Assembly (NCBI RefSeq): GCF_032191835.1
Contig: NC_083237.1
Span: 496,001 to 560,000, forward strand
Origin: Heteronotia binoei
Lineage: Eukaryota
Direction: 5' to 3'
DNA: 64,000 nucleotides
A model generated the notes under the pieces. It had not been told where the DNA came from. It worked only from the letters and a program-made list of their open reading frames with translations, and ran no database searches. Below are positions 1 through 22,264 of the stretch, piece by piece; the stretch's first letter is position 1; every line of letters starts with the position of its first letter. A program made the position numbers and the translations under genes.

Positions 1-62
1 GTCCTGATAGGAGCCCTCCGGGGGCCTGATCCAGCCCCCAGGCTGCATGTTTGACACCCCTG
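1..62 (-). mobile_element. End of a hAT-like MITE (truncated by the window edge)
   Basis: Reverse complement begins CAGGGGTGTCAAAC, a typical hAT-family terminal inverted repeat end. Confidence 0.5.
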
Positions 63-390
63 AGGTAGGAAGTTCCACCAGGCCAGGGTCAGGGCTGAAA
101 AGCCCCGGCTCTGGTTGAGGGCAGCCGGACCTCTTTTGAGCCAGGGATGACCAGTAGAGTTTGGTCTTTGGTGGACATAACTGGGAGAGGCGGTCCTGCA
201 GTTATGTTGGTCCCAGGCCATTAAGGGCCTTAAAGGTTAGAACCAAATCCTCGAAGCAGATCTGGTGCAGCTGGCAAAGCCCTGGTGGAATGAGTGCTGT
301 CACTGGGGTACCTGTGAGGACCCAGGCCGCTGAATTCTGGACAAACTGCAGTTGCCAGTTTTGAAAGTTCAGTGGCACCTTTAAGACCTC
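63..390 (-). mobile_element. Degenerate L2 LINE ORF2 3' fragment
   Basis: Minus-strand translation gives LQFVQNSAAWVLTG...LVLTFKALNGLGP and TRAGAFSALTLAWWNFLP. These match L2 C-terminal motifs (LQLVQNAAARLL, YKALNGLGP, AFSxxAPxLWNxLP). Confidence 0.7.
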
Positions 391-483
391 CAAAAGTTTA
401 TTCATGATATGAGCTTTTGTGTGCATGCACATGGCCATAGATGCATAGAAATAGAATGTGAGGACCAGCATTTCCCTGGGCTT

Positions 484-1460
484 GTAGGAAGGGCCCACAA
501 GAACTAAGCCCTGAGGCGGCCCTTCCTGCCCTCCTTCTCAGGATCTGCCTAATTCACAGGATCAGCACTGCTGTCAGGTGGCCATCTAGCCTCTGCTTAA
601 AACACTCCAGAGCCCACAACCTCCTGAGGAAGACTGTTCCACTGTGGAACCGCTCTGTCAAGAAGCTCTTCCTAATGTTCAGCTGGAAACGCTTCTGATT
701 TAATTTCAGCCCACTGGTTCTAGCCCAGCCTTTTGGGGCAACTCTGTACCATCCTCTCTATGAAGGCCTTCAAGTATTTGAAGATGGTGATGAGATCACC
801 TCTCAGCCGCCTCCTCTCCAGGCTGAACATGCCCAGTTCCTTCAACCTTTCTTCATAGGACTTGGTCTCCAGACCCCTCGCCATCCACCATCTTTGTTGC
901 CCTCCTCTGGACACATTCCAGCTTGTATGTATCCTTCTTAAATTGTGGTGCTCAAAACTGAACACAATACTCTACCATCACTTCATGTGGACACTATACT
1001 TCTATTGATATCACATTGACCTTTTTAGCCACTGCATCACACTGCTGACTCATGTTCAGTGTATGGTCCACTAAGACCTCCGAGATCCTTTTCATACATC
1101 CTACTTCCAAGACAAGTCTCCCTCTTCCTATAATTATGCACTCGATTTTTCCTACCTAAATGCAGAACTTTACATTTATCCCTGTTAAAATTCATTTTAT
1201 TGGTTTTAGCCCAGTTTTCCAGCCTGTCAAGATGATCCTATATGTCTTCTACTGTATTTGCAACCCCTCCCAATTTAGTATCATCTGCAAATTTGATAAG
1301 CATCCCCTCTATTCCTTCATCCAAATCATTTATGAAGATCAGGACAGATCCTTGAGGCACTCCACTTGTCAATCCTCTCCAAGAGGAGGAGGAACCATTC
1401 ACAAGCACTCTTTGGGTGCGATCTGTCAAAGAATATTATGTGGAAATCACAGCTGAGCAA
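484..1460 (-). mobile_element. Degenerate CR1 LINE fragments (RT region to 3' end)
   Basis: ORFs 1238-1429 ([25 protein letters not shown]...[10 protein letters not shown]) and 720-965 ([30 protein letters not shown]) are CR1 ORF2 motifs. Confidence 0.9.
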
Positions 1461-1639
1461 TGACAGCTGTCCTCTCCAAATGCCGTTCAATGATTTGTCC
1501 TAAAGTTTTCCACGTATAAATGTTAAGCTGATGGGCTGCTGGTTACTGGGATCCTCCTTTCCTCCCTTCTTGAAGATGGGGACAACATTTGCCTACCTCC
1601 AATTTTCTGGCACCTCCAGAACTCCAGAAGCCCCCCCCC

Positions 1640-2110
1640 CATTGTCCCCCCCCCCCAAGCACCAAAAATACTGAGCATCACTGCTCCAGACATTAGAGAA
1701 GCCATGTTGGATCAGGCCAGTGGCCCACCCAGTCCAAAACTCTGTCACACAGTGACCAAAAATCCCCATCAGGAGGCCCACCTACTAGAAGCCCTCCCAC
1801 TGTTGCCCCCCCCCCCCAAGCATACAGAGCATCCCTGCCCCAGACAGAGAGTTCCCTCTTGGCCTTGTGGCTAACAACCCCTGATGGAGCAGAAGAGAAG
1901 CCATGTTGGGTCAGGCCCATCCAGTCCAACAATCCGTGTCAAACAGTGGCCAAAAAACCCCAGGTGCCATCAGGAGGTCCACCAGTGGGGCCAGTGAAGC
2001 TCTCTCACTGTTGACCACCCCCCCCCCCCCAAGCACCAAGAAGACAGAGTGTCCCTGCCCCAGCCAGAGAGGTCCCTCTTGGCCGTGTGGCTCAAAGGCA
2101 GGGATGGCGC
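1640..2110 (-). mobile_element. Two partial copies of a CR1-3'-end-derived short repeat
   Basis: agagaagccatgttggatcaggccagtggccc at about 1696 and again at about 1896; same family as the 22.2-24.5 kb units, in the opposite orientation. Confidence 0.6.
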
Positions 2111-3900
2111 TCTGCCCCAGATATTTCTCCAGACCCCTCTTGAAAGCGCCTGTGAGGCAGGCTGGGGAGGGCAGCTGGCGGCGAAGGGTTCCAGCCCCGT
2201 GTGAGAGCGTGGAGCGGCTGCGGGCCCGCAGGGCCTCCAGAGAACCGGAGAAAGAGGCCCTCCTGCCGCCGGCCCTCGGGGGCGCAGAGCAGGCAAGGGG
2301 AGGGGGCTTCCGAAGAGGAGGCGCCACAAGCGGGGCCCGGTGCGCAGCGGGGGCTGCCTTGCTGGCCCTCCAATCGCCAGGGCCTAAGGAGCTGGCCGGG
2401 GGGCGGGGGACGCAGCCCGGCCTTCTGGAGCCCCCCCCCCCGGGCTGCGCAGCAAGGGGCCCAGAGGCGGCGGCGGGGGGGGGGGCTTTCTGGTCCAGCT
2501 GCAGAGCAGGGGCGGAGCGGAGGGGCCCCCACTGGCGGGCTGGGGGAAGCCCCGGGGGGGGGAGAGGGAGGGGGCGGCGCGGAAGGAGCCCGAGGACCCT
2601 CCCCCCCCCCCGAGAGGCGGCGTGCGGGGCGCGAAGGGGCGGGGGCGTCGCTGTCCAGAGCGCCGAGGTGCTGGACACGGAGCCCGGACGCCAGCTCCCT
2701 CCCAGCAGGCCGCCCTCTGCACACGCTCCGAGGCACGGCGGGGCTGGGGGGGTCTGGCCACGTGCCCAAGGGGGAGGAGGCTCGCGCGAGATCTGGCGGC
2801 GGCGGCGGGGCTGGGCTGGGCTGGGCTGCGCTGGCCGGAGGGGTGCCGATCCCGCCGCGGCCCGATCCCGAGCGCGCACAAGCCCGCCGCAGAGGTAAGC
2901 CGCTCCCCGGCTGCCCGGAGCCCCCCCCCCCAAGCGCGGTGGGAGGGCGGGGGCTGCAGAGAGCTCAGGGGTCCCCCCACCCCTCCTCTCAGGACCAGAA
3001 GCCGGGGGGGGGCGGGCCCCCCAGCAGCAGCGACCACCCCCCCCCCGGTGGAGGAGGAGGCTGGCCCGGGCCGGGGGGGGGGTGAGAGAGGCTGCCTGGA
3101 AAAGCCCCTCCCCCGCGGCAGAGCTGGGGCGGCGGGGCTGGGCGAGGCACGTGCCGGCTGCGGGGGGGGGGGGAGGGAGGGGGGCTCTAAGCCCGCAGAG
3201 GTTCCCCAGCCCTGCAGGCCCATTCCGGCTCCGCGGTCCGGGGAGGGGGGGTCCAGCCCGGCGAGCATGCGACCCTCTCCCAGCGCCAGCCAGGCCTCCT
3301 ATCCGCCACCCTCTTCTGCCCCCCCCCCACTTTGGCCATCAGGCCTAGGCCCGCCCCCCCTCGGCCCCCAGGCTCCGGCCTTTGGGGGAAGGGGGGCAGC
3401 CTTCCCAGGAACCCCAAGAGAGGGGCGAGGTCTGGGCAGCGACGCCCCCCCCCCCCGCCGAGCGCCCTCCTCTCCCGGCCCGGGAGCCCTCCGCCCCTCC
3501 CCCCGGCGGGCCGGCCAGCGGGAGGGGGGGGAAGCCTCCGAGTGGGGCCGAGTCCTGCCCAAGCAAGGGGGTCCCAGCCTGGGCCGCCGCCCCTCACCCC
3601 ACCCCTTGTTCTCTGGCCGCCGGCGCCAATCCAGGCCCGGAGGGAGGGGGGAGCGAGCGAGGGGGGGCTCCGCTGGACTCTGGCTGCTGCAGGGCGCCCC
3701 CCGCCCCGCCCCCCCCCGTCTCCATGGCCCCCGCCGGGTTGTTTGCAAACAGAGCAGCTGCCCGGGATTAAAGGAGGGAGAAGAGGGCGGGGGGGGGGGC
3801 TCCTGGGAACCTCCGAGGACAGCAGCGCCCCTTCCCCGCGCGCCTCCCGCAGGTGCCCCACGGAGGCCTTTCCTCCGCCCCACATACTCCCCACCTGGCG
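2100..3900 (+). promoter_or_regulatory. ACHE: CpG island, probable ACHE promoter with a non-coding first exon
   Basis: Very high CpG/GC content with multiple GC boxes. Consensus donor CAGAG|GTAAGC at 2894/2895. N-box-like TTCCGG at 3223-3228. Lies about 5 kb upstream of the coding exon. Confidence 0.6.
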
Positions 3901-6589
3901 TGGCTGGGGAGGGGCTGAGTCACCTGCCCTCAAGGCCAAACCCGCTCCGAAAACACTTGGCTCTCCAGGTGTGGGGCAGCCCCCCAGAAATTCCTCCCCT
4001 GCATGGGCTCCTGACCAGCCCAGAGAGGGGGGTCTTCGCCTGGGCCACCGCTTGGTCCAGAGGGTAGCAGTAAGGCAACCGCAGAAGGAGCTGTGAGTCT
4101 CTGCCCCCCCCACCCCCCTTCCCCAGGGATTCCAAACGAAGACCTGCTTTCCCCAGTCCCTTTGCTTTCACACACACACCCAGCATTGGACTTCTTGCCC
4201 AAGCTCACGTTGGTGGGGGGCCACCACGCAGGAGGCCTGCCAGCGCCTCCACTCTGCTGCCCGTCTGCTGGCCCCGCCTTGTGCCCTGCTGCTGGTGCTC
4301 CTTGGGACAGAAGCCATGCTGCGCCCCCACTCCTTTTGCCACTCCTGCCACCCTTCAGAGGTGTCTGCAGCCCCTCCCAGCCGGCTTTGGGGCAGCTACA
4401 GAAAGGCTGAGACCCAGACAAGCCCCACAAGCACAGCCTCTTGCTGGCGGGGAGGGGGAGGGCGGGTGGGCTTCCCCAGAGGGAGGAGGGCTGCAGGGAC
4501 CTGGGGGAGGGAGAGAAGGAGCTGTTCTTAACAAAAAACCTCTCTTGTTTATTTCACTTCAATCCCCAATGTAAATTCTTCAAAACATGCAACAAGAATC
4601 CAAACTCCAACCCTTAATCCTGGCCCCCTGTGATTTTGTAAAGGACAATGGCCTTGGGGGCTCTGGCTCAAGACCCATAAGGAGGGTGCTCTGCTCGCTG
4701 GGGAGCTGTCAGTCAACCCTTCCGAGGCCCAGAACAGAGCCCGCCCCCGGCCCTTCCTCCTTCCTTCCAGGGTCACGAGAGTCAAGGAGCCCTCAGGTGA
4801 CTCGGGCCTCTGAGGCTCTGCCTATGGAGAGGTGGCGGGAGAGAAACACTCCAGAAGGCGAGAGTCATGCCAGGGGGAAGGCAGGGGCCTGAAGCCTCCT
4901 GGGAAACAGAACCAAAGTCCCAACTACAGAGGCCAATTGATGGAGACTCAGTCCAGCCCTGATTCCCCCTCTGGGCCAAGGGAGGCCGGAAGAGGGAGCC
5001 TCTCTGCTCTCTGCATTCAGGGACTGAGACCCCAGCGGGCTGCAAGGTCACCCGGGAGAGAGGGCCTCTGGCAGAGACCTGCCTAGGTGGTGGGTGGGGG
5101 GATCCTGCTTCCGTCGAGGCAAAGGAGAGCCGCCCTGGCTGCTCTCTGGCTGGGAGGAAGCCCGGAGCTGCTGTGCAGAGGAAGGGGGGATGGGAAGTCA
5201 CCTCTGCTCCACTCTTGCCTTGACCGGGATGCCTCAGGCTGCCCCACAGTCGGCCCTGGCTGGCCCTTGGATGCGAGACCCACTGCGGGAGTCCAGGGGC
5301 CCTACAAAGGAGCACCCCAGAGAGCCCAAGCGAGGAAACCCCCGCCAGCCAACCACACCTGTGCGCCTCTTGCCTTTCAGACCCACAGAAGGAAAGAAGG
5401 CTGCAGAGAAGGGAGCAGGGAATGGGGCGGGGCCCATTATCACACACACACACACACACAACCCTCGGGGAGGGGGGCTGGCAGCCCCACCAGCCCCTCT
5501 CCCCCCCCCCACTGGGGATCCAAAGCGGCTGGCAACAACCTCCCCCTTTCCCATTTCATCCTCTCATCCCAGGGTCATCACCCAGCTGGCTTCCAGGGCA
5601 GGGTGGGGATTCGAACCTGAGTCTCCCCGGCCCGAGTCCATCCCTTGACCCACTACACCAGCCTCCTCCCCAGGCCATGCAGCTTCCTACTGAGTCAGTC
5701 CCTCGGTCTCTCTCGCTTAGCCTGGTCTCCTGGGGCCCCCCAAGGCCTCGGTCGGAGACGGAGGAAGAGCTCTGCCCCTGCCCTTGGCCACACCCTCGAC
5801 TGACAAAGTCCTCTTCTTGCCATTTATTCCTGTCTATCTGGGCTGCAGTGACACAGGCCAGGGAGGGGCAGCAAACACTGCTGGATTAGCACGCCATGCG
5901 ATAGGAAGGACAACGGAGTGGAAAATAATACCCTGCAATGGAGGGCAGGAAGGCGCCAGGCCCGAGGGAGGCAGAGAGGGTGAGAGCCAGGGAGGCCCCC
6001 CCATAAGTGCTGTGGGCAGGGAGGCTCCACGCAACCCAGGCCCCCGCCCACCTCCGGCCAAGGCAGGAGGGGAGATCAGACTCAAGCAGGCAGCCGTGGG
6101 GGAGGGGGGCCCTGGGCCCTGTCTCCAGCTCCTCTTCAGGCGAGGGGGGGGGCTGGGCTTCTTTTTGCTCCCCTCCCCCCCACAAGAGGAGCTGGCTGCC
6201 AGCAGGAGCAATGGCACTCGGATGTTGGAGGGTGCCAAGGATCAGATTGGGTTTCTGCTGGCTGGCTGGGGGGGGGGGGGGAGCAGCACTTGGTTCCGGC
6301 TGGGGGGGGGGGTTCCCAACAGGCATGCGATCAGCGGTAGTGACAGTGATCTTTGCACGCACTCTCTCTCCCTCTCCCTGTTACGGAGAGAATATGGATT
6401 CCCCCCCCAAAAAAACACGCCCCCCCTTGCCTCTGTGCAGCTTCCCCAGGGAGGGAGGAGGTCCCCCCCAGCCCAGCCCTCCAGCTCAGCTGCCTCAGAG
6501 ACTCCCCCCCCCTCCACAGACAGCATCTCTTTGGATTTATTTCTTTACTGATGTTGTTTATCCCCTGACTTTCTTTTTCTTTCTCCCCA

Positions 6590-6760
6590 GCAGAAACCCA
6601 GATCAGCTTGCATCTTTCTCCATTTTATGGTCCCCACAACCCTGTGAGGTAGGCTAAGTCGAGAGAGGGCCCGACTGGCCCAAGCTCCTCCAGCAAGCCT
6701 CCATGGCAGAGCCGGGATTTGAACCTGGGTCTCCCAGATCCGAGTGCAGCCCTCGGACCA
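6590..6760 (-). mobile_element. Sauria/Squam-type SINE fragment
   Basis: ccccacaaccctgtgaggtagg...gggatttgaacctgggtctcccagatc, homologous to the other SINE copies in the window. Confidence 0.6.
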
Positions 6761-7668
6761 CCGGAGCACCCCGGCTCTTTGCCTGGCCTGGAGCAGACGG
6801 CAGAAGCTACCAGCCCCCTCCCCGCCCACCGCAGCAGCCTAGCTCTCAAGGCCAAAGGGGAGGGATTCTCACCCTCCCCCCCCAATGGTCAATGTGGGGG
6901 GGGGAGGCTGAATGATCACACAGAGGAGAGACCCCCAGTCCCCCCCCCCCGCCCGCTGCCGCTTTATTTTTGACGCAGGTTATTTTAGTCCCAGAACAGC
7001 TGCAGGGGAGACATCTGAGCCTCTCTCCTCTCTGTCCCTCCGCCCTGCTGAGCCGTGGGGGTTGGGGGGAGGCAGTTCCCCTCCACTCCTGCTGCTGCTG
7101 ACATGGAACAAAGACCCCGCGGGGCTGTGTGAGAAGCTGGGGGGCAGCCCCCCTCCCCCATGCCCCACCCACTGCCTCGGACTAGCCAAAGGGATGCAGG
7201 GATGCCGAAGGTGGCTTCAGGAAGGGAAGGGGAGCCGTTGTTCCCCCACACTCTGTGCTGCTGCCGTTCAGGGGCTCTTCTGCCTGAGCCAGTCTGGAAG
7301 GAGGCAGAGCTCCCCGGGGCGAGGGGGGGGATTTGTGTGTGCATCACCTGGAAGTCCTGGTGACCTCTGATGACTGACCCCTACTGGGGACCTGGAGGAT
7401 GCTCAGAGAGGTAGCTGAATAAAGCCTGCCCCTGCCTCCCAGCTCCAGTATTCCCAGGAGGTCTCCCACCCAAGTCCTTGCCAGAGTAGGCCCTGCTGAG
7501 CTTCCCGCATCAGAGGAGACCGCTGGGCTTGCAGCTGGGCTGTCAAGTTGAACTCCCTGGGGGGAGGAAGGGACCAGGCTCTGGTGACAAGCCTCTGTCA
7601 GGCCTCCACCCGCTTCCCTTTGCACCAGAGCAGCCTGGGGCAGCCTGATAAGGGCGGGGCGGGGCTGA

Positions 7669-17479
<9,811 letters not shown>

Positions 17480-18209
17480 GGGGGGAGCGAAGGGGGAGCC
17501 TGTCTGCCCTCCCCACCTGCCCACCACGTCCCCCAGGGGCCCAACGAGCCCCCCACCCCGTCCCAAAGAGCCCAGCCGAGAACAAAAGGCACTCCCATCG
17601 GAGACGCAAGCGACCCACCCACCAAGGCCTGCTCTGTGCACTGACCCTCCCCTCCTGGCCAAGCTCTTGCCCAAGAGGTCAAGCCCACCAGTGCGGGGGC
17701 ATTCCCCTCCCTCTTCGGCTGCCAGGGCACAGGGTTCAGCCCCTCCCAATCCAGTCCCCTGCTCTCTCTGCCCCCCCCCCCCCGGCTTGGGATCCTTCCC
17801 CTCGGCCTCCTAGCCAGACTCCGGACTCCCCTGGCAAAGAAACCTGCCTCCATCCGTCGCTCTCGATCTGGAGTCCACTTGGACAGAGAGCAGGGCAGCC
17901 CCGCCTCCAGGCCTCCCAACACCTTCCCCCCCCCCCCGTCCTTCACAGCTGCTTCCTCTTAGCCCCCCACACATGCATCAAGCCCCCCCCCCCCACGTGC
18001 TGCTCCCCGAACTGTCTCCCTGTGGCTGGCTCCAGGGGCCAGAGCCACACTCCGCCTGCAGCCCCAGCAGACCCCCATGCCCTCCCCCCCCCGGCCTTGT
18101 TTCCCCCCTCCTTCCCAGTGGATCCCCCTGCCCCACTCGGAGAGTGACAAAAGCCCTCATCTGCCAGCATGGCCCGTGTGTGTACATCTCCCCGCTGTGT
18201 GTGAACTCC

Positions 18210-18215
18210 AATAAA
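18210..18215 (+). terminator. ACHE: Poly(A) signal of the ACHE T exon
   Basis: AATAAA about 730 nt after the T stop, preceded by TGTA (tgtacat at 18181). Confidence 0.75.
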
Positions 18216-19473
18216 GAGAACTCCGCCCTCCTCGGTGTGGCTGTGCGGGGGAGGGAGGGGGGTCAGGGCACATCCAGGCTGCCAGTTTCCCAGCAGGAGC
18301 ATCGAAGGAGCCCGTCTTCCACAGCGTCCTGCCGAAGGGCAAGGAGGAAGGGCCCATGTCGGCCTCCTCCCCACACTGCTCTCCTGGACTTCTGCACAGG
18401 CCCAGAAGCAAGCCAAGGGGCCTCCGTACAGGACACAGTGCGAGGTGACCACCTGGTGGACAGAGCCTGACTGGAGGAGGAAGCCAGCTGCAGCTGCACC
18501 ATTTGGAACAGGCAAGGCAGCATACCTGAGCATGTGCAGAGTGCTGTTCCTTGGGCAGCCAGTCAGGAACACTGGCTCAGGGAGGTCCTTCACGTCCACC
18601 GCTGGCAGGCCCAGCTGCCCGGGGGGCAAGGTGGGTGATGATGGAGAAGGCGTCTCCTCCCCTCTTGGCAGAACGGGGTGGGGGGGCATGGCGACATCCT
18701 GGGGGGCTCCTCCCGGCCAGCACCTAAGCAGGGGTGGGAGAGGAAAGGGGAGGCCCATGTTGAGCCACAGAAACAAGGCTTCCTCCATACGGTCCCTCCC
18801 GGAGCCAATTCCAAGGTCAGAAACTCTCTCTGGACAAAAGGGGTGGGCAATAGTGACCCCTCAGACCAAAGGCTCGTGACGAGGTCCTTCGCCAAAGAGG
18901 ACTCCTGAGTAAGGTTAGCAGTCGTGGGATAAGAGGAGGCGTTCTCTTCTGCATTCAACATTGGCCCAACAAGAAGCACACCGTAAAACCCAGCGGACCG
19001 TTCTCTCAGTGGCTCCCAGGGAGCAGCGGGGGGGAGGGGAGCAAGGCGCAGGCAAAGTAATCCAAGACAGTGGGAATTAAGGCCAACAACAAATAGTGCC
19101 ACAAATTGTGTGAGGGAGACCCCAGTGTGACAAACAGCATTCCATGCAGCCCAGGGCAAGGCGGAGGGGTGACACTGGAACCAAAAAATCCCGTCTTTCA
19201 CGATATGCTGACAACTCATTAAAACTGAGAGGTAAATAGACTTCGGGGTCACATGGATAGTTCATCGGAAATGACACTGCCCAGTTACGGCAGTGGAAAG
19301 AAACGCAAACTCCATGCTGGGGATTGTTAGGAAAGGGACTGAAAATAAAGCTGCTGATATTATTATTATCTACCTCCAGCAGTGAGACCCCAGCAAGCCA
19401 AAGGCAAGTCACTGGCTGGGAATCCTCTCTCCCCCCCCCCCACCCCTTCTGCATCCCAGAGCCAGGAGGCAAC

Positions 19474-20413
19474 ATCAGGGGAAGGCCTCAGCCTCCATGC
19501 TCTGTTCTTCGGCCCTGCAAAGGGACTGGTTGGCCACTGTGGGAGACGGGAGGCTGGCCAAGATGGACCTTCACTGGTCTGACCCAGCAGGGCTCTTTTG
19601 ATGTTCTCCTCAGGGGAAGGCCCCAGCCTCTCTGCCCTGTTGTTGGCCCTCCAGAGGAACTGGTTGGCCACTGTGTGAGACAGGAGGCTGGACTAGGTGG
19701 ACCCTCCCTGGTCTGATCCAGCAGGGCTCTTCTGAGGTTCTTCTCAGGGGAAGGCCTCGGCCTCTCTGCCCTGTTGTTGGCCCTCCAGAGGAACTGGGTG
19801 GCCCCTGTGTGAGACAGGAGGCTGGACTAGATGGACCCTCCCTGGTCTGATCCAGCAGGGCTCTTCAGATGTTCTCCTGAGGGGAAGGCCTCGGCCTCTC
19901 TGCCCTGTTGTTGGCCCTTTAGAGGGACTGGTTGGCCACTGTGTGAGACAGGAGGCTGGACTAGATGGACCCTCCCTGGTCTGATCCAGAAGGGCTCTTC
20001 TGATGTTCTTCTCAGGGGAAGGCCTCGGCCTCTCTGCCCTGTTGTTGGCCCTCCAGAGGAACTGGCTGGCCACTGTGTGAGAAAGGAGGCTGGACTAGAT
20101 GGACCCTCCCTGGTCTGATCCAGAAGGGCTCTTCTGATGTTCTTCTCAGGGGAAGGCCTCAGCCTCTCTGCCTTGTTGTTGGCCCTCCAGAGGAACTGGC
20201 TGGCCACTGTGTGAGAAAGGAGGCTGGACTAGATGGACCCTCCCTGGTCTGATCCAGAAGGGCTCTTCTGATGCTCTTCTCAGGGGAAGGCCTCAGCCTC
20301 TCTGCCCTGCTGTTTGCCCTCCAGAGGAACTGGGTGGCCACTGTGTGAGACAGAAGGCTGGACTGGATGGGCCTCCTCCTGGTCTGATCCAGCAGGGCTC
20401 TTCTGAGATTCTT
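19474..20413 (+). repeat. Second 134-bp tandem array (7 units), same family as 15599-16536
   Basis: Unit starts at about 19474, 19609, 19743, 19877, 20011, 20145 and 20279. Both arrays are preceded by gcatcccagagccaggaggcaac. Confidence 0.95.
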
Positions 20414-20999
20414 ATGGCACTCTGCCCCATATTCTGGAGCAAAAAGACATCAGAAGGTCCATTGTGGTGTATTGACTGTAAGCCTTATGACAGAGCAGTC
20501 CACTTTCGCTCCTGACACGTGTGTGTGGTGGTTGTGCCAGGGAGGAGCGTCTCTGGTCCTTTGTTCTGTTTGTGAGTTAGACTTATAGACTGGGCAGGTT
20601 CCTTGTCTTGAACTCTGATCTTCCCTCGCCTGTATCTGCTTGCTAATGAATAGATGCTGTTTTAAACACCCCCCTCTCTGCTGTGTGACCTTAAGAGCAA
20701 GAACTTGAGTAAGCACCAGGTGGGCAGCGCTGCAGCTGCGAAGCAACAGAACAGAGCCCAGTAGTACCTTTAAGACAAAGTCTTATTCAACTTTTATTCG
20801 ACCTGGGCTGCTACTGGATTTTATTGAGTAAATCCCCCGTTCCTGACTTGCAAGCCAAGCAGAATGTCACATGGTGTCAGGAATGGTCTTAAGCACTGTC
20901 CCAAAACACCCCAAACCCTTTCAAGCCTCATAAGATGCATATTTGCGGGAAATCTAGGGGAGAACTGGAGACGACGGGAAGAGAAACGACAGCTGTCCC

Positions 21000-21950
21000 T
21001 GGCGGCCACCGAGACGAAAGAAGAGGCTGAGGATTATAAAACTGCAGTCCCGCAGCTCGGCCGCAGAAGCCCTTGAGATTTATAACAACACCCAAGCGGT
21101 GTTTGCAGACCACAGGAAGCACGTGCAAGAGAGGAGGGCCACAATTACGCGTTCTGCGCCCCCACTCCTGCAGGTCCGGATCCACAAATGTACGTCCGGG
21201 AAGCAGGTGCTGCGGGCGGCTTTCTTCCAAACTTCCGGCGCCAAACTCCCCCTCCCTAAACGCAGCCCCCTTCCGCCGCGCAATTGCGGGCGCCACTCCC
21301 CGCGTGAGTCTCCAAGCGGCAGCTCCCCCAGTGGCCACGAGGTGGCGCCAGAAGGCGGGATCCAGGCGGCCCTTGCAGTGCCCCCCGCGTCCACCGGAGG
21401 GCGGGAGGCGGCAGGAGCGGGAAAGGGCGCCGGACACGTGCCAGGGGGCCGCAGCGAAGCTGGAAGCCCAGCCGGGGGCGGGAGGGTGGCATGCAGCAGG
21501 CAGCGGGCAGCCGCTTCAAAAGCGCCGAGGGAGCCGCTGGACGATGCCAACCCCACCCCCCGCGAGCTACTGCAGCGACGCCCCCCCCCCCGTCACCATT
21601 GATCCTCTCCCCAAAAAAGGCAACCTTTGCTCTCTCCGGGGGAGGCAGTGGCGAGGTGCCCCCCCCCAAAAAAACCTGTGCTCCCCTCCCAGGGCGATTC
21701 TTCGGGCGGGGGGGGGGCAGCCGCAATACAAAGATGGGGGGGGGGAGTCCTGTCTACGCTGCAGACCGAGACACACACACACCCCAAGCCCCGCTGCAAG
21801 GGAACGCGGGCTAAGGGGGAGGGAGGCCCCACCCTTGACTGCTTTACCCTGGAACCCCCCCCCCTATGGAAGTAGACCCTGCGGCATCAGCCATCCCCCC
21901 TCCCCCGCAGGGCCTGCCTGCCCCATGGGGAGAAGGGAGAAAGGGGTGAC
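21000..21950. promoter_or_regulatory. Orphan CpG island with housekeeping-promoter motifs
   Basis: CpG-rich. ETS motif ACTTCCGGCGCC at 21230-21241 and ZNF143-like aaactgcagtcccgcag at about 21038-21054. No coding exon found nearby. Confidence 0.45.
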
Positions 21951-22264
21951 ATTTGGCCGGCCGCCTCTGCACATCTTCCCACGGAAGGGGGGGCGCTCGG
22001 GGGCCCTGTCTTCCCTGGGAGCCATGGAGGGGCTATGGGAGCCCGCAGCCTGGATGGAGGGGCCATTGGTCTGACCCAACATGGCTTCTCTTCTGTTCCT
22101 AAGAGCAGTGCTCCATCGGGGGCTGTGAGCCACAAGGTCAAGAGGGAACTCTCTGTCTGGGGCAGGGATGCTCTGTATTCTTGGAGGGGGAGCACAGTGG
22201 GAGGGCTTCTAGTGTCCTGGCCCTATTGATGGACCTTCTGAGGGCATCTGGTTTTTTGGCCTCT

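Noticed and set aside
1903-4113. Long overlapping ORFs (331, 340, 481, 308 aa) on both strands
   Set aside because: G/P/A/R-rich low-complexity translations of a CpG island where stops are rare; no family motifs and mostly non-ATG starts.
17943-19252. Minus-strand ORFs of 281 and 220 aa downstream of ACHE; possible UFSP1 on the plus strand
   Set aside because: No recognisable domain, no coherent exon chain and no minus-strand poly(A) signal. The UFSP1 motif GWGCGYR is absent in the frames examined.
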